A DNA stretch of 64,000 bases from the human T2T-CHM13v2.0 reference genome, Homo sapiens. The position numbers and the translations under genes are program-made. Under the pieces are notes generated by a model. That model was not told the DNA's origin, ran no database searches, and was given only the letters and a program-made list of their open reading frames with translations. Numbering within the stretch: position 1 is the stretch's first letter; each line of letters begins with the position of its first letter. Positions 1 to 16,014 of the stretch are shown here, piece after piece. The DNA lies in NCBI RefSeq assembly GCF_009914755.1, contig NC_060942.1; one strand, 5' to 3'.

Positions 1-504
1 GTAAAGAATGAAACAAGGAATACCAGGAGGATTGGGCCCTAATTTTCCCCAGAGGGGTCCTTCTTTTAGGCCTCACTTTATCTTCTAGCAAGACAGCTGT
101 GGTGTTAGACTTCTGCTCCTTGGCCTAAAAAAAGCTGGGGCCCCGACCTTCCTGGGCATGGGCGTTTGTTGATGGAACCATGGTCAGAAGAACAAGGAAG
201 GAGGTCCATGAGGTGGGAAATGCACGCTCACCCGAGAAAGCATCCAGCAGCAGGTCCTCTGTGGCCACCCAGCTGCCTCCATGACCCATGAGAAACAGTA
301 GCAGAATGCTTCTAGAAGAGCCCTCCCACCTGCCTCTATCAGGCGGGATACTTGTCATGCATTTCTCTTCAGTACTGGCAGAAGCCCAAGCGGAGAAAAC
401 CTGACTCTGTGCAGGCAGCATGGCTTGGATGTTGATCTTTGGAAACAAAGAGGAGGCTTTCAAAGGCTGAGGGGAGAGCTCAGGTCATGGGATTATGGAA
501 AGGC

Positions 505-590
505 AATTAGAGGTGTTTTCTAGACCAAGCCCCTCTTTTCATAGCTGAGAAAACTACAGTTTGGAGAGCAAAGAAGTGAGCCCAGGGGAT
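505..590 (-). mobile_element. MIR/MIR3 fragment
   Basis: Degenerate antisense MIR core (cttttcatagctgagaaaactacag resembles ttttacagatgaggaaactgag). Confidence 0.45.
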
Positions 591-1051
591 ATCTAAGTGC
601 TTATGTGACCCCGCACCTCTCGCTCCTTTTGATGAGCCATGTTCGCATTTTGGAAGGAGAAAGGGGGTGCAGAAGAGGCGTCTGATGCAGGCCCTGCTGA
701 CAGGCAGTCAAGGGCATCCCTCAAGTCGATGTAGTCAAGGGCCAGAGCTGCAGGAAAAATCCAGCAGGCACATCTCACTGGTTAGGGGAAACTGGCGGCT
801 TTTCCGTGGTCCCGGGCTCGGATAATGCATCTCAGATCAACGAAGGATACCAAAGGCAGGTGCTTTTTACTCATCTGCTCCCACTGACTCCTTCGTCCCC
901 CTCCTTCCTGCTTCGGACCTACTTCTGATACAGTGAGGGAGAAAGACAAGAGTGGCAAGACAGTGTATTTTCTCTGGAACATAGTCCATCCTCCCCTCCT
1001 CACGGTCTCTGCCTGAGCTCAGAGCCCCATCTGCTTTCCCCCAGACCCTCT

Positions 1052-1212
1052 TGACTCGGGGTTGTCTGAGAGCCTGCAACATTGGCATCACCTGGGGCTT
1101 GTTGGACATGCTGACTCTTGGATTCCACCCAGGCCTGCTGTAGCATATCTTCTACTGTAACGGAATCGCCAGGTGATGAATATACACATCCAAGTGTTGG
1201 TGTGCTGCCCTA
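1052..1212. mobile_element. MER5-type hAT-Charlie MITE
   Basis: gcatcacctggggcttgtt...ccacccaggcctgctg...ccaggtgat matches the MER5A/B pattern. Confidence 0.55.
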
Positions 1213-1366
1213 GAAGGTCAGGATTAACAGTTGGTATTTTCCCGTTGTCCCAAGCACCTATTCTCCTTTAATCCATTCTGAACATCAACTGGGTTCTAGT
1301 TTGAAAACAAAATTCAGCTGTGTCTGTTCTTTGCCTAAAATCCTTGCTTGGCTTCACATTGCTTTT

Positions 1367-3630
<2,264 letters not shown>

Positions 3631-4544
3631 TACATTCTGACTGGAGCTTCATTAAGTGGAAGAATGCTTTTAAAGTTAGATTTGGGTCATGATGACAAAT
3701 GTTAGAAATAAGTGACCTGGAGTAGGAAGTGGAAGGTCATCCAGCCTCACAGACACCCATGACTCCCAGTGAAAACCCATGTCCTGGCTGTCAGCCGTGT
3801 CAGCCAGAGCCTTGACTAGTGTGTCAGCATCTAAGAAACATATAACATTGACCTAAGCAAAAGTCCAGCATTCTGGCCTGATCGTTGTCTTCCTGGGAAC
3901 TCTGGTGTGGGAGCTGTGGATGCACATGTCCTAGGGACAGACATGGGGTGGGGCAGACATGCATGCCAGACAGACAGACACGCCAGTGTGGGCTGCACAA
4001 TGGCTGAGCCTGACCTGGAAGCTGAGAGCAGTTTGGAACATGTGTGGCTGTCCTCCCGTCATCTTCTGCCCTATCAGAAGATGGGCAAATTCTTCTGCCC
4101 TGTTGAGAGTGAACACCCTGCTTTGAGAGGTTGCCTAGCTGGGGAAGCGGGGACAGGACACGTGTCTGGAAGAGGACAGAGTCTTGAGGCAGACACTTCC
4201 CTCTCCTGTGCCTCAGCTCTCACCTTGATGCTCCAACTTTGTGGATGGCTTCCTCTGGACAGAAGGGGTGATTCAGGTTCAAAGCCTGAGAAGCGGGGGC
4301 ACGTGTAGACGCTGACTGTGGCTTGACACTGACTGCTGTCAGCAACATGATTTCTGAGGCATGTGCTGTGACACGGTTGTGCATGGCCCCGTCTGCTGGG
4401 AAGACTTCTGGTGGCCCTCGAGCTGTGACCACCACCCAAGACTGGGCCCCTGTTGTCACTGTTCCTGTCCCCCAGTCTCCACCCCCTCCCCACCGCACGC
4501 ACCTCTTCTGGGGCAGCAGTGTTCTCTCGCTGGACACCATGGCT

Positions 4545-4800
4545 CATGTATTCATTCATTCAACAGGCGTTTATCAAGTGCCTGCTCTTAGGCAGGGTCC
4601 TGAGCTGGGTGGGCCTGAGGCTCTGAAGGGATCCAGGCAGGGCAGCCATGTTCTGTTCTCCATGAGCCCCTCTAGGAAGGGAGGATGGTTAGATTCATCA
4701 TTATGGGAGTGTCTTGGACAGAAGGCTTCAACTTAGAAAAGATCTCCTGGAGGAAATGACAGCGTGAGAGGTGAGTGGAGTTTGCTGGGCAGGAGGGGGA
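4545..4800 (-). mobile_element. L2 3'-end fragments
   Basis: cattcattcaacaggcgtttatcaagtgcctgct is the antisense L2 3' terminus. Confidence 0.55.
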
Positions 4801-5419
4801 AGGCAGAAGGCTCACAGGGCAGGAGGGCAGAGGGCGGAGCAGGGCTGGAGTGGGGCTGGGGGAGACAGAGTGACTGAAGTGACAGGACTGGAGGGCCTGC
4901 AGGGGCAGTGAGGAGCTCTCCAGACTGAGGAGGGAGAGTGAGCGTCTCTGTGGCCGAGGTGGACAGTGGGGAGGCAAGCAGGGACAGGAAGGCCAACGCT
5001 GCCTTCCAGGAAGGAGACCCAGTGGGGAAGCCTGGCCTGTAGTGAGGGCTGGGGGCCTGCAGAGAAGGGCAGTGCCTGGGGGCATATCAGGTGGAGAACC
5101 AGTGCCAAACTCACACCCCTGGGGACGGTTGCCTCTGAACCCGCTGCCCACCTCACCCCCGACTTTCAGATCCTTCTGCACACACTTCCTCTGCCAGGGA
5201 CAGGACAGGAGCGCAGGCAGCTGCATAAAAAGGAGGCCCTGCAGACCACGCCATGTGCTTATTCTGTGCAAACCCCACCGTCCCACCTTCCCCACAGCTG
5301 ACTCCCATGAGCGTGAGCACACGGAAGCTCTGTATTGGCAAAAAACACTCAGCTGAGCAATGAGACAGGGTGATTTATTTACAAGCATTTGAGTATTTCA
5401 GTTCCCCCCATCACCACTC

Positions 5420-6050
5420 AGAAACAAAAGTGAAAATTGAGGCCAATTGCATGGGAAGGAGCACAGCATGCCTGAGAGGGCCGGGTCAGAGCTGTCCCAT
5501 GGGGACTGCAGGGGCCGCCTCTCTGAGCCCCATCAGTCTGTGTGGAGAGGGACCCCTCAATGAGGAGATGAGTGGACTCAAGAGCAGACAATGGACTGGG
5601 ACTAAGTTCCTATGGGCCCTGGGGGAGGTAGTGACAAGTTATGGGAAGGTGAGGGGTGGAAGTGCACTGTGAACAAAGGTTGTCTAATTATGCAGATTAA
5701 GTCTCTCAGGTAACAGCCCTTTAGTTGAAAGAATAGGTGAAGTCTGTCCTGGGCATGGAGACTTTGAGTTTTCTCTCCTATGTTAAGAGTTAATTTTCTG
5801 TGATTAATATAAATCCTAGGGAGGGGAGTCTAAGACAAATGCATTCCTTCCAGAGGAACTTCCCTAGGTCAGATGAGGGACCTTCAGAGAGAGCCCACCC
5901 CCATGCTTCAGAAGGGAAAGAGGGCAAGGAAGCAAGTTGGAGAGAGGCCTTGGTTCTGAGCTTATTTCTGAGGCCTTTCAATCTCCATTGTTCAAAGCAG
6001 TCAGCATGCCAGAGCACCATATCTTGGGGTGTTGTTTTCTGAGCCCATGT
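5420..6050 (-). mobile_element. ERV1-class solo LTR (MER34/MER39-related group)
   Basis: The reverse complement starts gggctcagaaaacaacaccccaagatatggtgctctggcatgctgactgctttgaac, typical of this LTR group. Left boundary is approximate. Confidence 0.7.
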
Positions 6051-6526
6051 TTTCAGGACAGGTTTTATCCCTGGTCTCAAACCCATCTCTCCACAGAGAG
6101 AATATATTGAGCCCCAGTCCTTTTGGCTCAGCATCTAGCCAGACCTGCCACAACACGGCTCTGTAGTTACTGAGTTTCTCACTGTGTTCTTGGGCTCTCA
6201 GCTTTAACTGGTGTGCTGAGAACTGAGTTCTCTTCCTTGAAGCTCCCATCTCCAAGTCTAGTCCTCGATCTTTGCTGTGGAAACCTTTGTGAAACACTTG
6301 TGCTGCCCCTGCCTGGACAGACCCCTGGACCCGGGGGTCATGTCAGGCATCACGCAGCAGTGTGGCTGCCTGTCTGCTGTGCTAAGAACCCTGAGCCTTC
6401 AGCCAGCATGGTGGGTGGGAGCCCTGGGGTTGGTCACATCTATCCTGAGTGGGGCTGAGGCATGTGGGTGCTGTGCCTCTCTTCCAGGCTTCTGGCCCCT
6501 AGTCGGCAAGCTAAGATGTGTTTGCC

Positions 6527-6740
6527 GAATGCTTACCAAACGCCAGATACTGTGCGTGTTGTATCATTTAATCTTCCCCATCTCTGTGAGGGTAGACGTT
6601 ATCTCCACTTTGCAGATCAGAAAAGTGGGACTCAGAGAAATGAGACCCTTTCCCAAGCAGCTCAGACAGGAAGGTGTTGTGGGCAGGTCTTCCCAGGTCT
6701 TACCCAGCAGTACTCACTAGCGCTCCGTCTGTTCTGAGCC
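6527..6740 (-). mobile_element. MIR
   Basis: atctccactttgcagatcagaaaagtgggactcagaga core. Confidence 0.65.
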
Positions 6741-7235
6741 CCTCCTTCCTGGTCCTATGAAGGTCTCTCTCCTCTCAGTAGCAGGCCCCACATTCAGCTC
6801 ACTTGCTCTGTCTCCTGCCATCTGCTTCACAGCTCAAGACCCCTGGGCCCCCTGCTTAGCTTAACCCTGGTCTGTCCCTTTCTGACTTGGCCCGTGAGAT
6901 GTCTATGTTCTCTTTCCCTCCATCCAGGGAAGGAGCAAAAGCCCCTTGCCATCCCTGTGTGACAGCAATGAGGTGAACCCAGGGGCCGAAGCCCACCCAG
7001 GGAGTTGATGGTAAGACTCACCTTCGTTTTCCTTCCCCTCCTCAGAAGTGTGGCTCCTTCCTCTGCATTCACTGGGTGATGCTGGGGTCTGTAGGCTGAG
7101 AGGAGCAGGAGATCCAGTGGCAAGGAAGACGAAAACACAGAGCAGGCCAGGCACGTATTTTTGGATTAGTTTTAGAGAACAAGTTCTAAGCTGTGCTTTT
7201 TATGTTGCCTTTAGAAAATGTTAAAATACTTTCTA

Positions 7236-7520
7236 GGCTGGGTGCAGTGGCTTGCGCCTGAGGCAGACGGGTCACTTAAGCCCAGGAGTTTGAGACCATC
7301 CTGAGTAACATATGGGGAGACCCTGTCTCTACAAAAAGTAAAAAAATAAAAAAATTAGCTGGGTTCGGTGGTGTGCCAGCTACTCCGAGCTACTTGGGAG
7401 GCTGAAGTGGGAGCCTCTGTTGCTGGAGCATCGAGGCTGCAGTGAGGTCATGGCTGCAGTGAGCCATGATCACACCACTGCACTCCAGCCTGGGTGACAG
7501 TGAAACCCTGTCTCAAAAAA
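7236..7520 (+). mobile_element. AluJ with a left-arm deletion and a 12-bp internal duplication
   Basis: Alu dimer that lacks taatcccagcactttgggagg and carries ggctgcagtgag twice. Confidence 0.9.
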
Positions 7521-7934
7521 CAAGACCAACGAATCACTTTCTGTCTCACTATCTGTATTCTTACAGAAATTTTCTTCTGTAGGAATTAAAAAGATCTGAC
7601 TCCCCCTGCCCCCACCTGGAGAGACAGGCACTAATGCACATATCTGACCCAGTGCCAGTATCTTCCTTGATTTTTCAAATGGGTGTCAGTAAATGTGAAT
7701 CGATTTGGATATTTGGGGGTAGATTTAAATATCCCTGGTGGTTATACTAGCTTGCTTAAGCCCACCCTTGGATGCAGTCATATTATTAGATGTATTTAAC
7801 ATGGTAGACGATCACTCTAAAACATTAGAATATAATTTGTATTTCTGCAGCTCTTCTGAGACTTGTAGACAGGCACGTCACCCAGTGGATGAGCTCTATC
7901 ACGACACCGTCTCCCTATTTGGAGAAATATTCTG

Positions 7935-8330
7935 CAGCGTATTTACTGACCAATATTTGCTGAATACCTGTTGTTTACTAGGACTTCGCTAAGTATTGGG
8001 CATCCAGGGATGTGAGTGGAGAGTGTCGGAGCTCCTGCCTTCCCTCGGTGGACCTGAGCTCCTCGTGGGGAGGACCTGCTTTGTGGGCCTGTGCTTTGCT
8101 CTCCAGGTGTCTGGCTGGCACAGTGCTGGCATAACTATTACTGCTTGGAGCTGCCCCTTTTCCACTGACCCCACAAAGCCTCTGGTAGGAGTGTAGTTGG
8201 TGGTAGAAACACGGAGTTGGGAGCCAGGAAGGCCTGAGTGAGGGGCTCGGCCTCAGCCACCAGGCTGGGAAACTTGGCCACGTGCCCTCGTGGCTCCTGG
8301 GCCTCCGCCTGCTTCCTGTTGGGCATGATG
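7935..8330. mobile_element. L2 (-) and MIR (+) fragments
   Basis: aatatttgctgaatacctg (L2) and ggagttgggagccaggaaggcctgagtg...cttggcca...gggcctc (MIR). Confidence 0.45.
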
Positions 8331-8621
8331 ACCCTGTCTGCTCTCCATGTCTGCAGGCCAGGGACATGTATAGGGCATCAGTTCCATGGTACGGCATGAC
8401 AGTAGTGACCATCCTCATGCTGCTTGTGGCTGCTGCCCCTGCTGCTCTGAACCCACTTGTAGAACAGAGATGTGCCCTGCTGGGCCCGGGGCGTGGCCTG
8501 GGATCACCTGCCCACTTGCTGTGTTCTCTCTGCTGGGTGCTTCAGTTTTAGTAACTTAATAATTATCCCTATATGTCACATAGTGCCATCTGTGTGATAG
8601 AATTTATGTATCAAGAACCCA

Positions 8622-8778
8622 GGCCTAGGAGCGGTGGCTCACGCCTGGAATCCCAGCGACTTCAGAGGCTGAGGCAAGAGGATCGCTTGAGCCCAGGAGT
8701 TTGAAGCTTCAGTGAGCCATGATCACGCCACCACACTCCAGCCTGGGCGACAGAGCAAGACCTTGTCCCTAAGAAAGA
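8622..8778 (+). mobile_element. Free right Alu monomer (FRAM-like)
   Basis: Single Alu monomer with the right-arm insert and a short A-rich tail. Confidence 0.85.
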
Positions 8779-9539
8779 TGCCAGGATAAATAAGTATTAT
8801 CACTACAAAAAATAGGAATAGGAAGCATCAGCTGTGGTTAAAAATGCAAAAGGGTAAAGCTTTATTCATTAACTGCTTTAAAGCGGGACTTTTCCCTTCT
8901 CTTCTGGTTTAGCTTTATTCAGAAGCTGCCTCTGCTGAAGTAGCTCTGGGTTACTGATAATTGCTCATGGTTGTGGGGTGCATCCACCATCTGGAAATAT
9001 CAAGAACTGAGGATTCTAGAAACTGGATTTTAACCCCGTTCTCTGCTCTTCAAACATTAATCATGTTGGGCTGCGGAACCCACATAATGAGGACGTTACT
9101 GCAGACGTAGTTCCCTGGGATATGTCACATTGGAGGTGATTTTCTTGTGTCAAGATTATTTTACTACATATTTATTTTTGGTTTGTGACTTTCCCCCTTA
9201 CTGAAGTAAAACAGTTTCCTTTCTCCAAAGAGTTGGGAATGTAGCAGCTTGGCTAAGCATACAAACAAATAGCAAGTTACAATTTAAAGCCATCTGGAAA
9301 GGTTACCAATGAGTTTTGTCACATGTATAGATAGTGCATAAATCATCATCAGAAGGGAATCTGGTGATATGTAGCAGAAGCCACCAGGGCCTGCTCCACC
9401 AGGGAGAACGCGGAGCAGCAGAGTCAGCGGAAGGAGTGCCAGTGCGTACACCTCCTCTCTGTTTACAAAGCAAAGCTGCTCGTAAGAAGTGCGCTTGAGG
9501 AAAGAGTGCATTTTACATTTCATCACTTCATCACTCTGT

Positions 9540-9990
9540 TTATTAAAATCTTTGTTGACTTGATATATACATTCAGAAAAGTGCATGTATCAAAAGCTCA
9601 CTGATTTTTTTATACACTGGAAACACTTGTGTGAAATACCACTGAAGGATTCACTTTAAAATGGTTGTGTATTAATGCAAATTTCACCTCAACAAACAAA
9701 AAAAGCCCCAGAACTCAAGCAGCCCCGCAGAGCCTCCTTGAGCTGCATTTTGTTGGAAGTGTCGGGGTGGAATCACCAGGGTCAACGGTTTCCCATTTCC
9801 ACTCCCGCTGGCACGTCCGCAGACCCCTGCCGGTCCCACACGCACCCCAACACTTGCTGTCTTCTCATTTCTGCTGGGTGGGTGGTAGTATGATATTGTG
9901 GCTTTACTTTGCATTTCCTTGATGTTTAATGAACCTGAGCACCTTTTCATATGCTTCTCAGGCATTTGAAGTTTTATAATAGTTTTAAAT
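9540..9990. mobile_element. Old L1M fragments (minus-strand pieces around a short plus-strand 3' end at about 9650-9705)
   Basis: tttgcatttccttgatgtttaatgaacctgagcaccttttcatatgct (antisense L1) and cactttaaaatggtt...tttcacctcaacaaa (sense 3' end). Confidence 0.7.
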
Positions 9991-10489
9991 AGGGGTCTTT
10001 TTTCCTTACATGAAACTTTGATGAGAGTGATCATTTCTTTTTTATTCCCCAACCATGATCCAGTTCAGAAAACATCAAGGACCTTGCTGCCTCTCCAGGA
10101 AGTGTAGCAAAAGGCACCTGCCTGCTGTGCTGGGGAAGAGCAGTGGGCCAGGTTAGCCCCCTGTCCCTGGTGTGCTACACTTACAGGTGGGCATTGGGCT
10201 GAAGGACTCTCTGGCCCTTGCTGTTGGGTCGGGGATGCAGTCAGAAAGGAGCATGAAGGGCATCTGTCCCGGCAGGGCCATGTGGCCAGACCAGGAAGGG
10301 CTGCTCAAAGAAGAACAAAGGCTTCTCTGCCCTGATGGAGATGCTGACACCTTCAGAAAGACGTGTTTGTGGCATCAGCGTCATTTCTTTCTGTGGCTAC
10401 CAAGGCCGAGAACTTCTCTGTGCTCCATCTCATGGCCAGGGTTCTTACAGCCGCAGGCCTTCTGTGTGCATTAGCTAGCTAACTTGTTT

Positions 10490-10940
10490 CTTCTTTCATT
10501 CATCCAATAAGTATGACTAAACTCCTGCAGTATCTTCAGCATCGGCAATTCCACACTAAATAAGTAAAACCCTTGCCTTCACAGAGATCGAAAACAAACA
10601 GGAAAACTGTAATGTCATGTTGGGTGTCTGGAGCTGTGGAGAGAAATGAAGGGGGCCCTGGAGAGCCATGGCTGTGCCAAGGCCAGGGTGGCGTCCTGGA
10701 GAACCTGCCTTGGAGTGGAGTGCTGGATCTGGGGAGGGGGGAGTGCTGCTGGACATTTCATGGACACATAGGCAGGAGGTGGGCAGGAGCACTGAGAGCA
10801 AGGGGGAGATGGGAGAGGGCAGGGGCCTGGTCAGGGTCTCAGGGCCCTGGGCGAGGAATTTGAATTGCAGTCCAGGTGAGAGGGATGGGAAGGACAAGGC
10901 TTTCAGTGAGCTGCCTGGGCTCTTAGAGAGTGACCCTGGC
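10490..10940 (-). mobile_element. L2 fragment
   Basis: ttcattcatccaataagtat...cccttgccttcacagag...gctgtggagagaaatgaaggg pattern. Confidence 0.55.
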
Positions 10941-11763
10941 TCCCTCATGGAAAAGCAGCCATCTGGCCCTTGAGTTCAGCACCTCTCCAAGCTCCTTCCT
11001 GTCCCTAGACTGGCAGGGACTTCCAGGGACAGCCTTGGCCCCCTTTCCGCTCTGCCTTGCCATCTCCCATTGCTTGTCATCGCTTCTGTGTTGGGTTTGC
11101 CCTCTGGTCCTGTTCCCTAGAGCCATGCTCTGGTCATGAGTGTTACAGGGCCAGGGCAGGGCCTGTCAGGGGAACAGAGTGCAGACCCCCTCTGTGGGCC
11201 CCTCTGGGCCCTCGCATCCCACTGCCTTGGAGAGGAGAGAGCAAGATAGAAACAGGTCCTGAGATGAGGTGGCGGCATACAAGCTATCTCACACTTCTGC
11301 ACCCTTCCAGGTGCGTTTCTGAAATGCATCAATGCTGTGAGATCTACACTGACTTCAGGGATGTGGCAAACCCCCTATTTCTTGTAACCAGCCAGCGACA
11401 GTCATTGTGGAGCCCTGCCTGTGCCCCAGGCAGCCCTGTGCACTAAGAAAGCCAGGCCTGGGAGACACTGACTTGTCGTTTGCCTCCAGGCGTTTTTAGT
11501 TGTAACAGACTAGTTCTTGTTTCCCATCACCTAGAATCTGTTGATCTGTCTGGATCTTAGTTCCTGAGTCTCCTGCTCTGCAAGACGCACCCTGCACATG
11601 CACGCTCACGTGGGGCACACACACCCAGGTGCCCATCATGCCAGCAGGTGCACAGTTGGAGAAATCGACTCCCCAGACCAGACTCCCCAGAGCGCGGGGA
11701 GCGGCCAAGTGTCCTCGCACAAACTGGGGTGGAATTGATACAGGGGCCAGGGAGGTCCCTAAA

Positions 11764-12615
<852 letters not shown>

Positions 12616-13112
12616 GAATCGTGACACAGCAGCAGCCCTTTCCCAGTGTGTGGGGCACAGTTACATTCCTAGGTGTGGAAGGAAGACCTTTGCTGCATTA
12701 AATTATCCCCAGCATCTGTTTGCTGCTTTTAACACGAGTGACTTAAAGGGACATGGGTTAGAAGAAGGAGGGAGGAGATTTGTGCCAGGGATGAAAGAAA
12801 ATGGCTAAAAGATGAATGAAAGTTGCATATATCTCTTTTTCTTCTGTAAATAACTCATGATAAAAGGGAATAAAATTTAGGTTTTCCCCACTTGGAAGAG
12901 ACATGGCCAAACGGAGTGTGTGCTTTTCCTAAACCACCGTGAAGGTAGCATGAAAACCAGGCTTGCTCTTCAGAGACTAGGAGGCTCCTGTTTTGGGCAC
13001 TCCATCTGCCCTGCTGCCGTGAAAGCTCTCGGACCCAAATGGCTTCCTGTGATCCACTGTGGTCTGCTTATTATATTCCCTTCAGCTATGTTTATAACTC
13101 TGTCAACAGCCA

Positions 13113-13365
13113 CAGCGTGAGTACCCCAATCGGATAACAATAACCTAAAATTTTAAATGCTCAAAAGTCAGAAAGATTTTAAGTGACAATATGATGCTCA
13201 AAGGAAATGTCCATTGGAGCATTTTAGATTCAGATTTTTGGATTAGGAAGGTGGATGTATAATAGAATAACTGGTAAGTATAATGCAAGTTTTCAAGATC
13301 CAAAAAAGTTCAAAATTCGAAACACTTCTGACTCCAGGCATTTTGGATAAGGGATACCCAACCTA
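13113..13365. mobile_element. Tigger4a (Zombi_A/MER46-type) non-autonomous DNA transposon
   Basis: atgatgctcaaaggaaatgtccattggagcatttt and a terminal gcattttggataagggatacccaacct. Confidence 0.8.
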
Positions 13366-15736
13366 TATTATGAAGTGGTAGCAAGAAAATTACATTGAAA
13401 TGGAACATTTTTTCAGTTTATGTATCCTTTTGCGAGGTTTTTATTTCAAAATATCACAGTCCAAGCCAAAAAATATACGTGGGTGTTTCAGTTTATGAAA
13501 ACTAAGTTATGTTTACTTTTCTATATGTATATATTTTTTTACCTCAATAAAATGATAGCCCCAAACTCTCTTCAACCTTACCTCATCTGTGGTTTATAGA
13601 CGTTTCCAGGGGAAGTTTTTTAAAATGATGTGTTCCAGAAAGGAGTAAATGGAATATTAAAAGCATGCAGCATGGCCCATTCTGGAGGAGGGCCAGGCTT
13701 GTCAGGGAGATGGCAGGATGTGCATTTTTGCACATCCTTGGCTCATTGGCATGGCAGGGAGAGTCCAGCTAAAGCTTCTGCACCCCCTGTCCCCTTTAGA
13801 TCTGGGCCTCTCTCTCTGGACGATATTCTGTATCTCCAGCCTGAACCTCTCAGATGTTGGAAATTAACCTCAGAGTGAATCACTGGGCTGCCATAGGGAT
13901 TTAGTTGGACACAGTGGGTGGCCAAGTCGTCTCTGCTCCTCTTCATGGTAGTGGGGGCTGCTCTCTACCATCTAGACCCACCCTCATGGGAAAGGCCGCA
14001 GACCCTTACTCAGCCTGTGGGACACCAGGCAGAGTCCCTTGCAGCTGATGGTGAGCTGAGGTGCACTGTATTTCTGCCACAGGGATTTGTTAATGATTTA
14101 CTTTAAATGTCCACCTGCAGGGTAGCTGGGACGATGAAAGCATCCCAAGACCTCCCTTTTCCATCTGTGGCTGATCACCTCTGGAACCCACAGCTAGCCG
14201 GCTGCTCCTCCACTATCAGATGGCGGCTGTCAGTCATGGGCTTGTCACCGAGTGCATCCGTCATGCTCGGGCCATGGGCCGGCACCTGTGTGTGTGTGTC
14301 CAGCTTAACGACAGAGATTTTTGGAAAGACGCCCTAAGATAGACATACTTGAAACTGAGTGAGAATAAGTTTGACTTATTTCTTTTTGAGATACTTTATA
14401 TGTTTGAAATAATTAATAGCTGGCGCCAGTGAATCTAGTTTCTGTCTGTTTCCTTTAAAGATTATATGTAGTGTTGGTGATTGGGATTTAGTAAGCTATA
14501 TTGAAGATGCTAACGTTTGATTTTATAGCAAAAAAAGAAGCATTTGTGTGGAGCAAGGACGTTTGTATATGAGCAGTCATAAAGTTAATGTCAAGTGGCC
14601 CGGCAGGGACTTTTACACCCATTTTACAAAGAACAAGACCCAGAACTAGAGGCCAGGAAAACAGATCTTCTGTTTCTCACCCTGGTACTTTTCCCATCAG
14701 GTGACAGTGTTTGGGTCTGCACCACGTCAGGCCAAAGCTTTGCACGTTGGTGCTGTCTGATAATGAAATTTGCAGAACACCACCGGGAGGCTTGCATGAA
14801 TTGGTGCGAGGAAAAGTAGAGGCGCTTCCATCATTCAATTGATGGATGACTATGAGGCTGACTTTATTGTTCCTAGCACTGAAATCCTGTTTTTCTTGGG
14901 TATAATGAATACAGTAGCATGGTTTATGCTACCTTCATAGAGTTTTTGCCCCCCACTGAAAATGCAACTTGTCATTCTCTAAGATCCATGCCACCAAGAC
15001 CCAAGACACCAAGACAAGACCGATTCGGGCAAGTCTAGCTAGAAACAGGCCACGCTCTTGTCCCCAGAATGGCCAGGACACCATCAGGCCTGAGGGGCAC
15101 AGAGGAAGGATGCGAGTGGCCTGCCACAGGACTCATCCACCCCAGTGCACGGAAAGGTGAATCCTGGATTTCTCCCCTATTCCCGGGCTGTTGATGGGAT
15201 CTCATCTTTGTAAAGTTTCTTCTGGTTCCGAGTTGCCTCTGCCGGAAGGGACGTCCTTTCACAGCCCAGCATTGCTGTAATCCGGTGGAGTGGCTGCAGT
15301 ATTAACAGATGGAGTTGGTCCTCCCTTCCCCCCCGGGTCTGAATCTGCCTGCTCCTGTGCGTTCACTCTTCCTGCAGTCCAGCTGGGGAGTAGCAGCTCC
15401 TTGGCAAACACCTTCTTCTCCAGCCCCGTAGAACGCCTGGCCTCATCAAAAAGGCCACAGGATGGCCAATGGGCATTGTCAGACCCTACTCAGGAGTGGG
15501 ATCTCCACTGACTGGGGCGGCCCTCCAGCAGGTGTCCCAGGGCCTTAGATCCCTCCAGAGAAATGGTAGCTGCTCAGAAGATGGAGCTCTCCTGGAAACT
15601 CCTGAGTCACCTGGGCAGTGGGGTGCCCTGGGAGCACCAGGTCATGCCATACCCCCCTTCCTCATTTTCTCCATCCCCACAGCTCCACTCTTCCTGCCTT
15701 TCCCTTGAAAATGAGTGTGGCAAATAGAGGAGAACG

Positions 15737-16014
15737 GGCTGGGTGCAGTGGCTCACACCTGTAATCCTAGCACTTTGGGAGGCTGAGGTGGGAGGATCAC
15801 TGTGCTACCAGCCTGGGCAGCATAGCAAGACCCTGTCTTCACAAAAATAAAAATAACAGTAGCTGGGCATGGTTGTGTGTGCCTGTAATCCCAGCAGTTT
15901 GGGAGGCTGAGGCAGGAGGATCACTTGAAACCAGGAGATTGAGGCTGCAGCGAGCTGTGATTGCACCACTGTACTGCAGCTTGGGTGAGAGAAAGATCTT
16001 GTCTTAAAAAAAAA
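15737..16014 (+). mobile_element. AluJ
   Basis: Dimeric Alu with J-type ggaggatcacttga and a small left-arm deletion. Confidence 0.92.

Noticed and set aside
3907-5388. Overlapping 100-238 aa ORFs in GC-rich sequence
   Set aside because: No recognisable domain, overlapping frames on both strands and L2 remnants inside. Expected by chance at this GC content.
7840-7935. Possible exon after tttgtatttctgcag
   Set aside because: No convincing donor, it runs into an L2 fragment, and the peptide is not recognisable.
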